Shown here piece by piece: positions 1 through 7,790 of a stretch of DNA of 64,000 bases. Both the position numbers and the translations under genes were made by a program. Source of the stretch: an uncultured Clostridia bacterium (GTDB lineage Bacteria > Bacillota > Clostridia > Christensenellales > UBA1242); NCBI GenBank assembly GCA_934777505.1, contig CAKVNM010000004.1, positions 14,527 through 78,526 of the forward strand, in the 5' to 3' direction. How positions within the stretch are numbered: the stretch's first letter is position 1; each line of letters starts with the position of its first letter. A model generated the notes under the pieces. It did not search any database. It saw only the letters and a list, made by a program, of their open reading frames with translations, and was not told the origin of the DNA.

Positions 1-797
1 TTAATGTATTTAAAAGACTTTATAGCTCTTTCAATAAATGGTTTTTGTGTTTTATCTGTTGCCTCTAGAATTATTGACCAAAATTCTGTATCTGTAATGT
101 CTTCAATGGAAATTGGATATTTATCTCCGTGAGAATGTCTTGTGCTAAGATTAAATTTATCACAATTATCGAAAACATTTCCATACTCACCATTAAAATC
201 AATAAACACAAACTTAGTGTTTTGACTAAATTTTTTATTTTTTGCAAATTTTGCAATGGCATCATGATAAATCTTGGCCAGAGTGTTAGATTTTCCACTT
301 CCAGTGTTTCCAAATATTCCAATATGACTACATAATAAGTTTTGGCAATTGACAGAAAACGGATAATCTCCAACACCAATCAAGTTTCCCAATACTAAAT
401 TATCTTCACCAGTATTTGTAAAAATTTCATTTACTATTTGTTCCGTTGCGACATAAACATAATTACCAACCATTGGTAAACTATCTAATCCATGAATAAA
501 TTTATTTTTCTTAATACAACCAAGTATAGATATACTAATAACTCTATTAATATTCTTACCTTTAAAATTACTGGTAATATCTACAGTATTTTCTTTTATA
601 AATTCGCCTTCAACTTTACCAACAATATTAGTGTATGATTTTCGAATAATAACGAAACTGCCAATGCTCACATTTTTTATTACATCACCATTAAAATTTA
701 AAAATTCAGTGTTTTTCTCATAATAAATTCCTGCTTTGATTTGTTTCCCAGATACCTCTGAAACTTCGCCTATTCTCAATTCATCATTCAATTTCAT
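1..797 (-). CDS. HerA-like P-loop ATPase, N-terminal part (gene runs off the left window edge)
   Basis: Manual minus-strand translation from ATG at 797 (GAGG 6 nt upstream) gives MKLNDELRIGEVSEVSGKQIKAGIYYE... (HAS-barrel-like start), then Walker A GIFGNTGSGKSN. The frame stays open to position 1. It is absent from the ORF track because no stop lies in the window. It overlaps the upstream SIR2 gene by 14 nt. Confidence 0.75.
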   Translation of the reverse strand, partial: MKLNDELRIGEVSEVSGKQIKAGIYYEKNTEFLNFNGDVIKNVSIGSFVIIRKSYTNIVGKVEGEFIKENTVDITSNFKGKNINRVISISILGCIKKNKFIHGLDSLPMVGNYVYVATEQIVNEIFTNTGEDNLVLGNLIGVGDYPFSVNCQNLLCSHIGIFGNTGSGKSNTLAKIYHDAIAKFAKNKKFSQNTKFVFIDFNGEYGNVFDNCDKFNLSTRHSHGDKYPISIEDITDTEFWSIILEATDKTQKPFIERAIKSFKYI

Positions 798-1815
798 TAG
801 ATACCTCTTCTAAAATCTTATTTACTTCAGTGAGTGGAAATTTAACAAATTGTTCATTTTCATCTTGTAAATAAAAACATATACAATTTTTATTAAGTTC
901 AAATATAGCATCAAATTTGTCTAGATCTGTTTTAGAATACGCAAACAAAATTAAAGTAAGAGTGGGATTTATTTTTAAGGTTCTCTCAATTATGGTATAG
1001 ATATGTTCATCCGCAAAAGAAAAACCAAATGAAATAAGCAAAGCATTTTGTTTTTCTAATTCATTGCTCATTAATCTTAATTGGTCATAATAATTTATAT
1101 TAAGTAATGTAGAATTCAATTTTTCTTTAGTTGGGTTTATGATAGCAAACTTGTTCTCATATTCTTTTATATACGAATCACTAGTGTTGTTTGTTTTTTC
1201 AAATTCCTCTAACTTTTGTTTAAAGTCTTCAAATTGAATTTCATTTTCTAATTGTTTCCAAAATAATGACCCATGTAACTTATATAGATTGATTGCTGTT
1301 ATTTCAGTTGATCTGTTAGAAATGCCACTTTGACGGCCAAAAAACTTGCCATAGTTTGTTGTAGAAAATATTGCAGGAGAACGACCTTCAAATCCATCAA
1401 AATAAGGAATCTTATTAATTTCCAAAGAACTTTCAATAAGATTATCATAATTTGTTGTATATATATTTATCATCTTATGTAAAGTTGAGCTATCCCTAGA
1501 ATCTGCAAAATTATAAATGTATTTTATGAATTGATTTCTTGCATTAATATTGGACTTATCATCAGTTTTCTTTATCAAAGGTAACATAGAGCCTTCAAAA
1601 AATTTCTTATATAATTCTGCTTGTTTGTTAATATCATTATTTTTTTTAGCTTCCGTCAAATCCTTCTCGATGTTAGCTAAAGTTTTTAATAGTGGCATTG
1701 AAAAACCTGAACCAAGTAAAATATTAATATGCGAAGATGAAAATATGTTTGTTAACTTTTTGATTTCATATTTTCTTTCTTCACTATTATCATTGTAAAT
1801 ATTTATTTTTTTCAT
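784..1815 (-). CDS. SIR2-family (SIR2_2-like) protein, partner of the HerA-like ATPase
   Basis: The N-terminal INILLGSGFS glycine-rich motif and overall length are typical of defence-associated SIR2 domains. The likely start is ATG 1815 (MKKINIY) with GAGGGA just upstream. A TATAAT lies further upstream on the minus strand. The stop overlaps the herA-like start. Confidence 0.7.
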   Translation of the reverse strand: MKKINIYNDNSEERKYEIKKLTNIFSSSHINILLGSGFSMPLLKTLANIEKDLTEAKKNNDINKQAELYKKFFEGSMLPLIKKTDDKSNINARNQFIKYIYNFADSRDSSTLHKMINIYTTNYDNLIESSLEINKIPYFDGFEGRSPAIFSTTNYGKFFGRQSGISNRSTEITAINLYKLHGSLFWKQLENEIQFEDFKQKLEEFEKTNNTSDSYIKEYENKFAIINPTKEKLNSTLLNINYYDQLRLMSNELEKQNALLISFGFSFADEHIYTIIERTLKINPTLTLILFAYSKTDLDKFDAIFELNKNCICFYLQDENEQFVKFPLTEVNKILEEVSNEIE

Positions 1816-1872
1816 ACGGTCCCTCACTAGTGTAATTATATCATATCGCTGTAAATAAAAAAAGATATATCA

Positions 1873-1905
1873 CAAAAAAAGAAGAAGTATTTTTCAACTT
1901 CTTCT
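1873..1905 (-). terminator. Intrinsic terminator after the 80-aa gene
   Basis: Hairpin AGAAGAAGT / ACTTCTTCT (1880-1905), followed on the minus strand by a T-run (A-run 1873-1880 on plus). Confidence 0.7.
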
Positions 1906-1915
1906 CGCAGTTGTT

Positions 1916-2158
1916 CTATTGATTGGTTTGCAAGTGGGAATAAACTTCTTTTGCAGTAAGATTTTGAGAATTGCCAAAGGTTTCAGCAAAGTTTTTTAAG
2001 TCTGTCGCAAATATTAAACTTATTCGTTTAAGTTGTTGATTTGGCAAACTTGTTTTACCTAATTTTAAGGTATTACCTTCAAAATTAAATTTGGCTGTGT
2101 TCTCTTGTAATTCTTCACAATCAACAAAACTTTTTGTTTTGGTATCAGTCATAAGCAT
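1916..2158 (-). CDS. Hypothetical 80-aa protein (own promoter and terminator)
   Basis: ORF track entry. It is bracketed by an extended -10 (TGcTATAAT, minus strand around 2233-2241) and the terminator at 1873-1905. It has no convincing RBS and I recognise no family, so coding status is uncertain. Confidence 0.4.
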   Translation of the reverse strand: MLMTDTKTKSFVDCEELQENTAKFNFEGNTLKLGKTSLPNQQLKRISLIFATDLKNFAETFGNSQNLTAKEVYSHLQTNQ

Positions 2159-2206
2159 TTATATTTTCATATAAAAACTTGTTAGCAGTGATACCAATTA
2201 CAATCC

Positions 2207-2226
2207 AGACTTCAATTTTGAAGTCT
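2207..2226. promoter_or_regulatory. Operator-like palindrome AGACTTCAA-TT-TTGAAGTCT
   Basis: 9-bp perfect arms. It begins 7 nt downstream of the minus-strand TATAAT (2233-2238), so it would cover the transcription start of the 80-aa gene. Confidence 0.4.
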
Positions 2227-2517
2227 ACATTTATTATAGCATAAACAAGTAAAAATTACTATATTTTTAACAAAAAACAAGTGGGTTTCACACTTGGTTT
2301 AAGCCTTGGGGAAATAGACTCAAAATCGACTCTTTTATATTTTGGGTGTGAGTCGCCTAAAAGCCCGATAAAATGGGACTTTTTGAACTCCAAAAATCGA
2401 TTTTGAGCCAATTCCCTTATCCTGCTCGATATTTTTTCTATAAAATCTAGTTGACTTTCTACTATACTATGTATTAAAATATTGTAAATCCGATAAATTA
2501 ACACATAGGAGTTTTGT

Positions 2518-3816
2518 ATGGTAATTTCTGAACTTATTAAAGATATAATGTATGAAGAAAATCTTAATCAAATGGATTTTGCAAAAAAAATAAGTTGCAC
2601 TCAAACTCAGATTTCAGAATGGATAAATGGCAATAGCAAACCGAGTTATGATAACTTGCAAATGATAGGTAAGATTTTTAATATTGATGGGAACAAAATT
2701 TTAGATTTAGAACAAAAAAATAAAAAGCCTGGTTTAGATAACAAAAGATTAACAGTTGTAGATTTATTTGCGGGTGTTGGTGGATTAAGTTATGGCTTTA
2801 CTCATAATGATAATTTTAAAGTCATATTAGCTAACGAGTATGAAAAAGACATTGCAAAAGCATATTCGCTAAACCACCCTGATGTAAAAATATTGGATTG
2901 CGATATTAGAGATTTAACAGAAGAAATTTTAAATAAAGAAATTACTATGCAAGTTGATATTGTTGTTGGTGGACCACCATGCCAATCATATTCAACATTA
3001 GGCAAAAGACAAAATGATGATAGGGCCCATTTATTTGAAGAATATTGTAGGATACTCAAAATATTAAAACCTAAGATGTTTTTATTTGAAAATGTTACTG
3101 GCATTTTAAGCATGAATAATGGAAAATTATTCAAGGATGTTCAAGAATGTTTTAAAGATATAGGCTATGAATTAAAATATAAAGTATTAAATGCTGCTAA
3201 CTATGGTGTTCCTGAAATACGTGAAAGGGTAATCTTAGTTGGAACAAAATGTAAAAACAATTTCAACTATCCAGAACCAACGCATGGCAATCAACCAGGT
3301 TTAAAACCTTATGTCACATTAAAGGATGCTTTAAGTGATATGCCTATATTAGAAAGCGGAGAAGAATGTTCAAATTACTTAACAAATCCATCAAACGATT
3401 TTCAGCATTTCGTGCATGATTGTGATAAATTAAGAGATAATCAATCTCCTAAAAATGGAGAACATCTAATTAAAATAATGCAAGCTTTACCTGATGGTGG
3501 TTCAAAAGGTGACTTACCAGAAGAATTAAGACCTAAAAGTGGTTTTGGGAATACATATGCTAAAATGTGGTGGGAAAGACCTGCCCCTACCATAACAAGA
3601 AATTTTGCTTGTCCATCTTCTTCAAGATGTGTACATCCTAGAGATTCTAGGGCACTATCAACACGAGAAGGTGCGAGATTGCAAAGTTTCCCAGATAGTT
3701 ATAAATTTTATGGCTCAACAAGTATGAAAAATTTAGAAATTGGTAATGCCGTTCCACCACTATTATCAATTGCGTTAGCAAAACAAGTAAAAAAGTTTTT
3801 TGAAGAAAAAAAATAG
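2518..3816 (+). CDS. DNA (cytosine-5)-methyltransferase with N-terminal XRE-type HTH domain
   Basis: Motif I DLFAGVGGLSYGF, motif IV GGPPCQSYS, motif VI FENV, QSFPDSYKF, and motif X GNAVPP. The N-terminal roughly 60 aa (NLNQMDFAKKISCTQTQISEWINGNSKPS) looks like an XRE HTH. RBS AGGAG lies upstream. Confidence 0.9.
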   Translation: MVISELIKDIMYEENLNQMDFAKKISCTQTQISEWINGNSKPSYDNLQMIGKIFNIDGNKILDLEQKNKKPGLDNKRLTVVDLFAGVGGLSYGFTHNDNFKVILANEYEKDIAKAYSLNHPDVKILDCDIRDLTEEILNKEITMQVDIVVGGPPCQSYSTLGKRQNDDRAHLFEEYCRILKILKPKMFLFENVTGILSMNNGKLFKDVQECFKDIGYELKYKVLNAANYGVPEIRERVILVGTKCKNNFNYPEPTHGNQPGLKPYVTLKDALSDMPILESGEECSNYLTNPSNDFQHFVHDCDKLRDNQSPKNGEHLIKIMQALPDGGSKGDLPEELRPKSGFGNTYAKMWWERPAPTITRNFACPSSSRCVHPRDSRALSTREGARLQSFPDSYKFYGSTSMKNLEIGNAVPPLLSIALAKQVKKFFEEKK

Positions 3817-3824
3817 GTATGCTC

Positions 3825-4496
3825 CTATTTTTTTCTTTTTATAATATCTATTAAATTTTTAATTATATCTGCTATTTTAAAATCATAAAAATTTATGTTC
3901 TTTAAATTTATTTGATATGCAGGTTTTCCACCATAAGGACGATGATAAGGAATAAATCTAAATTCTAAGTTATTATCTATAGGTATTAATGAATAAGTCT
4001 TATTTACCAACGATACAGCTAATAAAACACTGTTAGTTTGTAAAAGTTTATTAAACTTATTATCTCTTAAATCAAGGGTATTATATTTTCCCCAATAGTT
4101 TGAGTAATCATTCATTATTTCAATATTTAATATCTGGTTATCATAATTAAAAATTACATCACTATCTGAACCAACTTTACTATGAGGAAGGATAACTCTT
4201 TCTTTATCTTTGCCAGAAAGATATAAGTTATAACCTAAACTATTGAATTTTTGAACAATATAATCTTCAAATATCCATGAAGAAACTAAATCTCTTGCAT
4301 ACTCCATAGGGGAACGCCCATCACGATTGTGAACACATGATAAGATATTAGCATAAACACTAGGATATAAATCTTTTAATTTTTCTTCATTTCCTTCTAA
4401 CACCAGGAAGTTACTCTCACTATAATTTAATTTTTTAGCCAAACGCTCTAACGGCATTTCAAAAAATTTTGATAATTCTTGATATGTATGTGTCAT
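3825..4496 (-). CDS. Unknown protein, third gene of the C/nuclease operon (possible PD-(D/E)xK-like nuclease)
   Basis: The likely start is ATG 4496 (MTHTYQEL), with GGAG 8 nt upstream and 1 nt after the TAA of the HNH gene. The weak nuclease-like pattern is WIFED ... SDSDVIF ... NIEIMND. I recognise no family. Confidence 0.6.
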   Translation of the reverse strand: MTHTYQELSKFFEMPLERLAKKLNYSESNFLVLEGNEEKLKDLYPSVYANILSCVHNRDGRSPMEYARDLVSSWIFEDYIVQKFNSLGYNLYLSGKDKERVILPHSKVGSDSDVIFNYDNQILNIEIMNDYSNYWGKYNTLDLRDNKFNKLLQTNSVLLAVSLVNKTYSLIPIDNNLEFRFIPYHRPYGGKPAYQINLKNINFYDFKIADIIKNLIDIIKRKK

Positions 4497-4497
4497 T

Positions 4498-5220
4498 TTA
4501 ATTCTCCGAAGGTTTTTCTCCATGAAACTTTTTGTATAATCTAGCGTAAATTTCTTTTTGGATTTTAATAGAACAATTGTCTATAACTTTTGGGTTTGCA
4601 ATTTTTACAACTCTTCCTTTTTCATCATAAATCCAGTAATTTCTATCTGCACGATTACATTTTTCACATTGCGGGATTATATTTCCTTCTTCTAGTGGCT
4701 TATTTGGGTCCATATGTCCCTTTTGAAGCTTTGTTATCGTTTCTGGCCAATTATAATTTGGTTCGCCTTCCTTTGAGCCACAAGTCGCACATCTATAATC
4801 ATAAGACTTTTTTAAATCTTTCCAATAATTCCCAGTAAATTTTTCAATTCTTTTTTGAGCATTAAATCCAGGATATGCCCTTTCTAATGAAATAAGTTTA
4901 TATTCGCCGGATTTTATATCTGTTATATTATCATTTCTAGTGCCGGAAGCAATAAACCAACCTTTTTGTGCAGCCAAATGTCTTGCTTGTTGAACATCAT
5001 TAACATCTGGATAAAATCTCTGTATAAATCTCGTTAATTCTGATTTTGTAATTACTTTAGTATTTGGGTAATTTAAAGATAGAAAAATTAAAGTTAAAGC
5101 ATCCTTTGTATAATTATTTCCAGATTTCAAATTGGGCATTTTTACTCCAAGAATTTTTAAATATTTTTCATAATATGTTTTTATCATCTCATATTGTAAT
5201 TTAATTTCATTATCATTCAT
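4498..5220 (-). CDS. HNH (beta-beta-alpha-Me) nuclease, candidate restriction endonuclease
   Basis: CATCGS ... QKGHMDPNKP ... NIIPQCEKCNRA is a CxxC/HNH/CxxC zinc-finger nuclease signature. The likely start is ATG 5220 (MNDNEIK) with AGGTGA upstream. It lies directly downstream of the C-protein gene. Confidence 0.75.
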   Translation of the reverse strand: MNDNEIKLQYEMIKTYYEKYLKILGVKMPNLKSGNNYTKDALTLIFLSLNYPNTKVITKSELTRFIQRFYPDVNDVQQARHLAAQKGWFIASGTRNDNITDIKSGEYKLISLERAYPGFNAQKRIEKFTGNYWKDLKKSYDYRCATCGSKEGEPNYNWPETITKLQKGHMDPNKPLEEGNIIPQCEKCNRADRNYWIYDEKGRVVKIANPKVIDNCSIKIQKEIYARLYKKFHGEKPSEN

Positions 5221-5236
5221 AATTTCACCTTTTCCT

Positions 5237-5443
5237 TTATTCAAAATCAAAAAATTGATTTAAAGTCATATTGAATGCTTTTGCAATTTTCTCTAAATTT
5301 TCAAGTGATACATTGCGTTTGCCCCTTTCAAGGCTTGTGATGTATGTTCTGTCTAAATCGCACTTGAAAGCAAACTCTTCTTGGCTCATACCTTGTTGTT
5401 GTCTTAATTCTTTTATTCTTTTACCAACTTTTTCTTTAATCAT
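5237..5443 (-). CDS. Controller (C) protein, XRE-family HTH
   Basis: 68 aa: GKRIKELRQQQGMSQEEFAFKCDLDRTYITSLERGKRNVSLENLEKIAKAF. This size and sequence are typical of R-M controller proteins. It is the first gene of the nuclease operon, and a C-box lies upstream. Confidence 0.8.
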   Translation of the reverse strand: MIKEKVGKRIKELRQQQGMSQEEFAFKCDLDRTYITSLERGKRNVSLENLEKIAKAFNMTLNQFFDFE

Positions 5444-5482
5444 TGACTTTCTCCAAATTTATTTATATAATATTACCAATAA

Positions 5483-5515
5483 TGTGACTTATTTTACAAC
5501 CGACTTTAAGTCACA
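5483..5515. promoter_or_regulatory. C-box operator pair
   Basis: Plus strand reads TGT-GACTTATTTTA-CAACC-GACTTTAAGTC-ACA. There is one perfect GACT-N3-AGTC palindrome (5502-5512, distal to the C gene) and one degenerate copy proximal to it. Outer TGTGACTTA/TAAGTCACA inverted repeats flank them. This matches the classical strong-distal / weak-proximal C-box layout. Confidence 0.6.
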
Positions 5516-5538
5516 TTTTATAAAAAGGAGTAATAATT

Positions 5539-7071
5539 ATGAAAAAAGCTGTTATATATGCAAGATATTCTAGTGACAGTCAGACAGAGCAAAGCATTGA
5601 TGGGCAATTAAGAGTTTGCAAGGAATATGCTGAAAAGAATGGGTATGAAATTGTTGCTGAATATATCGACAGGGCTATGACTGGCACAAACGATAATCGC
5701 CCAGACTTCCAACGAATGATTAAAGACAGTTTTAACAAAAAATGGGAGTATGTTCTTGTATATAAATTTGACAGATTTTCGAGAGATAAATATCAATCAA
5801 CATTGCACAAGCACACTTTAAAACAAAACGGTGTTAAAGTTATTTCCGCAATGGAAAATATTCCTGACACTCCCGAAGGCATAATACTTGAAAGTTTACT
5901 TGAAGGTATGAACCAATATTATTCTGCTGAACTTTCTCAAAAGGTTAAGCGTGGTTTAAAAGAAAGTAGAATTAAAGGCTTGTTTACTGGTGGTCCAACT
6001 CCTTATGGCTACAATGTAAAAGACAAGAAAGTTAGCATAAACGAAGAACAAGCGAACATTGTTTGTGAATATATGTTTAATCAATATTATAGTGGCAAGC
6101 GAATTAAAGAAATTGTTACTTTGCTTGCAGAAAAAGGAATTAAAAATACTTATGGTAAACCTTGGAGAATAAATATGGTTTCAAGAGTTTTGAGAAATCC
6201 AAACTATAAAGGCTGTGTTTATGCTGACAACACTTGCTACACAAATATTTTTCCTGCAATAGTAAGTGAACAAGTGTTTGACGAAGTAAATGCTCGTTTA
6301 AAAGTCGCAAAACGCACTTCTGCACACTTTAAGACTGATGTTAATTATCTTTTAAGTGGCAAACTCATTTGTGGCAAATGCGGTGGTTTAATGACTGGAG
6401 ATAGTGGCAAAGGTAAAATGGGCAAGATTTACAACTACTACAAATGCTTTACAAAGAAAAAGAACAAAGACCTTTGCGATAAAAAGTCTATCTCGCAAGA
6501 ATATATTGAAAATATAGTTTTGCTCGCTACAAAAGAATTTTTAAATCAAACTGATTTGAATGAACTTTCCACTTGTCTTGCTGATACATACAACAAAAGC
6601 ATTGAAAAAGATAAAGTTTTGGAAAGTTTAAATAAGCAACTGCAAGAAAATAACAAAAAACTTGCAAACTTTGTTCGTGCAATAGAAAATGGAATTTTTA
6701 ACGATACAACAAATGAAAGAATGAGAGAACTTGAAATAGCAAAAAAAGACTTACAAGAAAAAATAACAAGCCGAGAAATGCTTGTTATTAAACCACTTGA
6801 TAAAAATGTTATTTACTCATTCTTGTGTTCTTTTAAAGATATTGAACTAACTGACAAACTCGCTTGTCAGCGACTTGTTGATATGTTTATAAACAAAGTT
6901 ATTCTTTACGATAAATATTGCGAAATTTATTTTAACACAAATGGTGATAAATCTAAACAACTCAAACTCAAAGAACAACCTGATATTGATAGTGAAATTT
7001 TGTTTGAAAGCAATAAAAAAGAGCAATCCTACTCAAAAAGTTCGGATTACTCCCTAATGGCGGAGAGTTAG
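5539..7071 (+). CDS. Large serine recombinase (integrase)
   Basis: N-terminal resolvase catalytic domain AVIYARYSSDSQ, a recombinase domain, a zinc ribbon (CGKCGG ... YYKC), and a coiled-coil-rich C-terminus. RBS is AAGGAG. The stop TAG at 7069-7071 lies inside the convergent tRNA gene. Confidence 0.9.
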   Translation: MKKAVIYARYSSDSQTEQSIDGQLRVCKEYAEKNGYEIVAEYIDRAMTGTNDNRPDFQRMIKDSFNKKWEYVLVYKFDRFSRDKYQSTLHKHTLKQNGVKVISAMENIPDTPEGIILESLLEGMNQYYSAELSQKVKRGLKESRIKGLFTGGPTPYGYNVKDKKVSINEEQANIVCEYMFNQYYSGKRIKEIVTLLAEKGIKNTYGKPWRINMVSRVLRNPNYKGCVYADNTCYTNIFPAIVSEQVFDEVNARLKVAKRTSAHFKTDVNYLLSGKLICGKCGGLMTGDSGKGKMGKIYNYYKCFTKKKNKDLCDKKSISQEYIENIVLLATKEFLNQTDLNELSTCLADTYNKSIEKDKVLESLNKQLQENNKKLANFVRAIENGIFNDTTNERMRELEIAKKDLQEKITSREMLVIKPLDKNVIYSFLCSFKDIELTDKLACQRLVDMFINKVILYDKYCEIYFNTNGDKSKQLKLKEQPDIDSEILFESNKKEQSYSKSSDYSLMAES

Positions 7072-7145
7072 GGATTCGAACCCCAGTAGGCTTTCACCTA
7101 AACGGTTTTCAAGACCGCCGCTTTCGACCGCTCAGCCAACTCTCC
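7058..7145 (-). tRNA. tRNA-Ser (anticodon UGA), CCA encoded
   Basis: The reverse complement is GGAGAGTTGGCTGAGCGGTCGAAAGCGGCGGTCTTGAAAACCGTTTAGGTGAAAGCCTACTGGGGTTCGAATCCCTAACTCTCCGCCA. It folds as a class II cloverleaf: 7-bp acceptor, anticodon loop CT-TGA-AA, long variable arm TAGG/CCTA, and T-loop TTCGAAT. Confidence 0.9.
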
Positions 7146-7624
7146 AAATTATTTTATCAATGATAAATTGACAAACATCTAGTTTAGTATACATGATTTT
7201 TTGTTTTATTGCAACACTTTTTTTGAATTTGATAAAACAATTTTCAAAACTTAAAAAATATTTTTACAGAGATTAACAAAACGCATTACTAAACTTTTTG
7301 TAAGTGAAGAAGAATTGTTAGATATACAAAAGTAATTTGGTTGAGTGATATTTGTCAAATGTAAAAAAGAGTGATAACACTTTTGTTTTCATTACAATAT
7401 AATTTAGTTGTTTTGAAATAATAAGTTGTTAATATTTTATCTATTTAATTTTACACAAGATAGTCTATAAGAATTAAAAATATTATTTTGTAAAATATTT
7501 GTAAAATTAATTTAATATTTACAAAATATGCAAAAAGTAGTATTAGGAAGTTGTATTTTGGATTAAGTATGTTCCAAATTCTTGTTAATCTACCTTTATT
7601 TTTATCATAAAATAGGCTATAATA

Positions 7625-7641
7625 TGTCGAAATTTGTCGAA
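7625..7641 (+). repeat. Tandem TGTCGAA direct repeat, 10-bp phasing
   Basis: TGTCGAA at 7625-7631 and 7635-7641, immediately downstream of a TATAAT hexamer. Confidence 0.6.
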
Positions 7642-7717
7642 TACATAAAAATTAAGGCATAGTATAATTAAATTTAACGGTTATGAAAAATAATTTTCTG
7701 TTTATATATAATTTCTC

Positions 7718-7746
7718 TTGACTAAATTAGTATAAACTGACATAAT
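7718..7746 (+). promoter_or_regulatory. Putative sigma-A promoter of the HTH gene
   Basis: TTGACT (7718-7723), 17-nt spacer, CATAAT (7741-7746), about 45 nt upstream of the ATG at 7791. Confidence 0.5.
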
Positions 7747-7790
7747 GACAATATAGTGACAAGTCAATAAATAAAACAAAGGAGAAATTT

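Larger units (their letters stand above)
1..7071. mobile_element. Right-hand part of an integrative defence island (left end outside window)
   Basis: Contiguous defence-type cargo (HerA-like ATPase + SIR2, C-controlled R-M) ending in a large serine recombinase gene that overlaps tRNA-Ser. Visibly more AT-rich than the core genes to the right. Boundaries are not proven and no att repeat is identifiable in the window. Confidence 0.5.

Noticed and set aside
71-379. Track ORFs 71-379 (-) and 129-335 (+)
   Set aside because: They are shadow frames of the herA-like gene. That gene occupies a different minus-strand frame from 797 to 1 and carries a clear Walker A motif.
2259-2504. 81-aa minus-strand ORF between the small gene and the methyltransferase
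   Set aside because: No RBS. The ORF starts inside the methyltransferase promoter/5' region and runs through inverted repeats. The sequence has no recognisable features. I treated the region as non-coding/regulatory.
7470-7535. TTTGTAAAAT direct/inverted repeats near 7490-7530
   Set aside because: The tract is extremely AT-rich and the arms are imperfect. The pattern cannot be distinguished from low-complexity chance matches.
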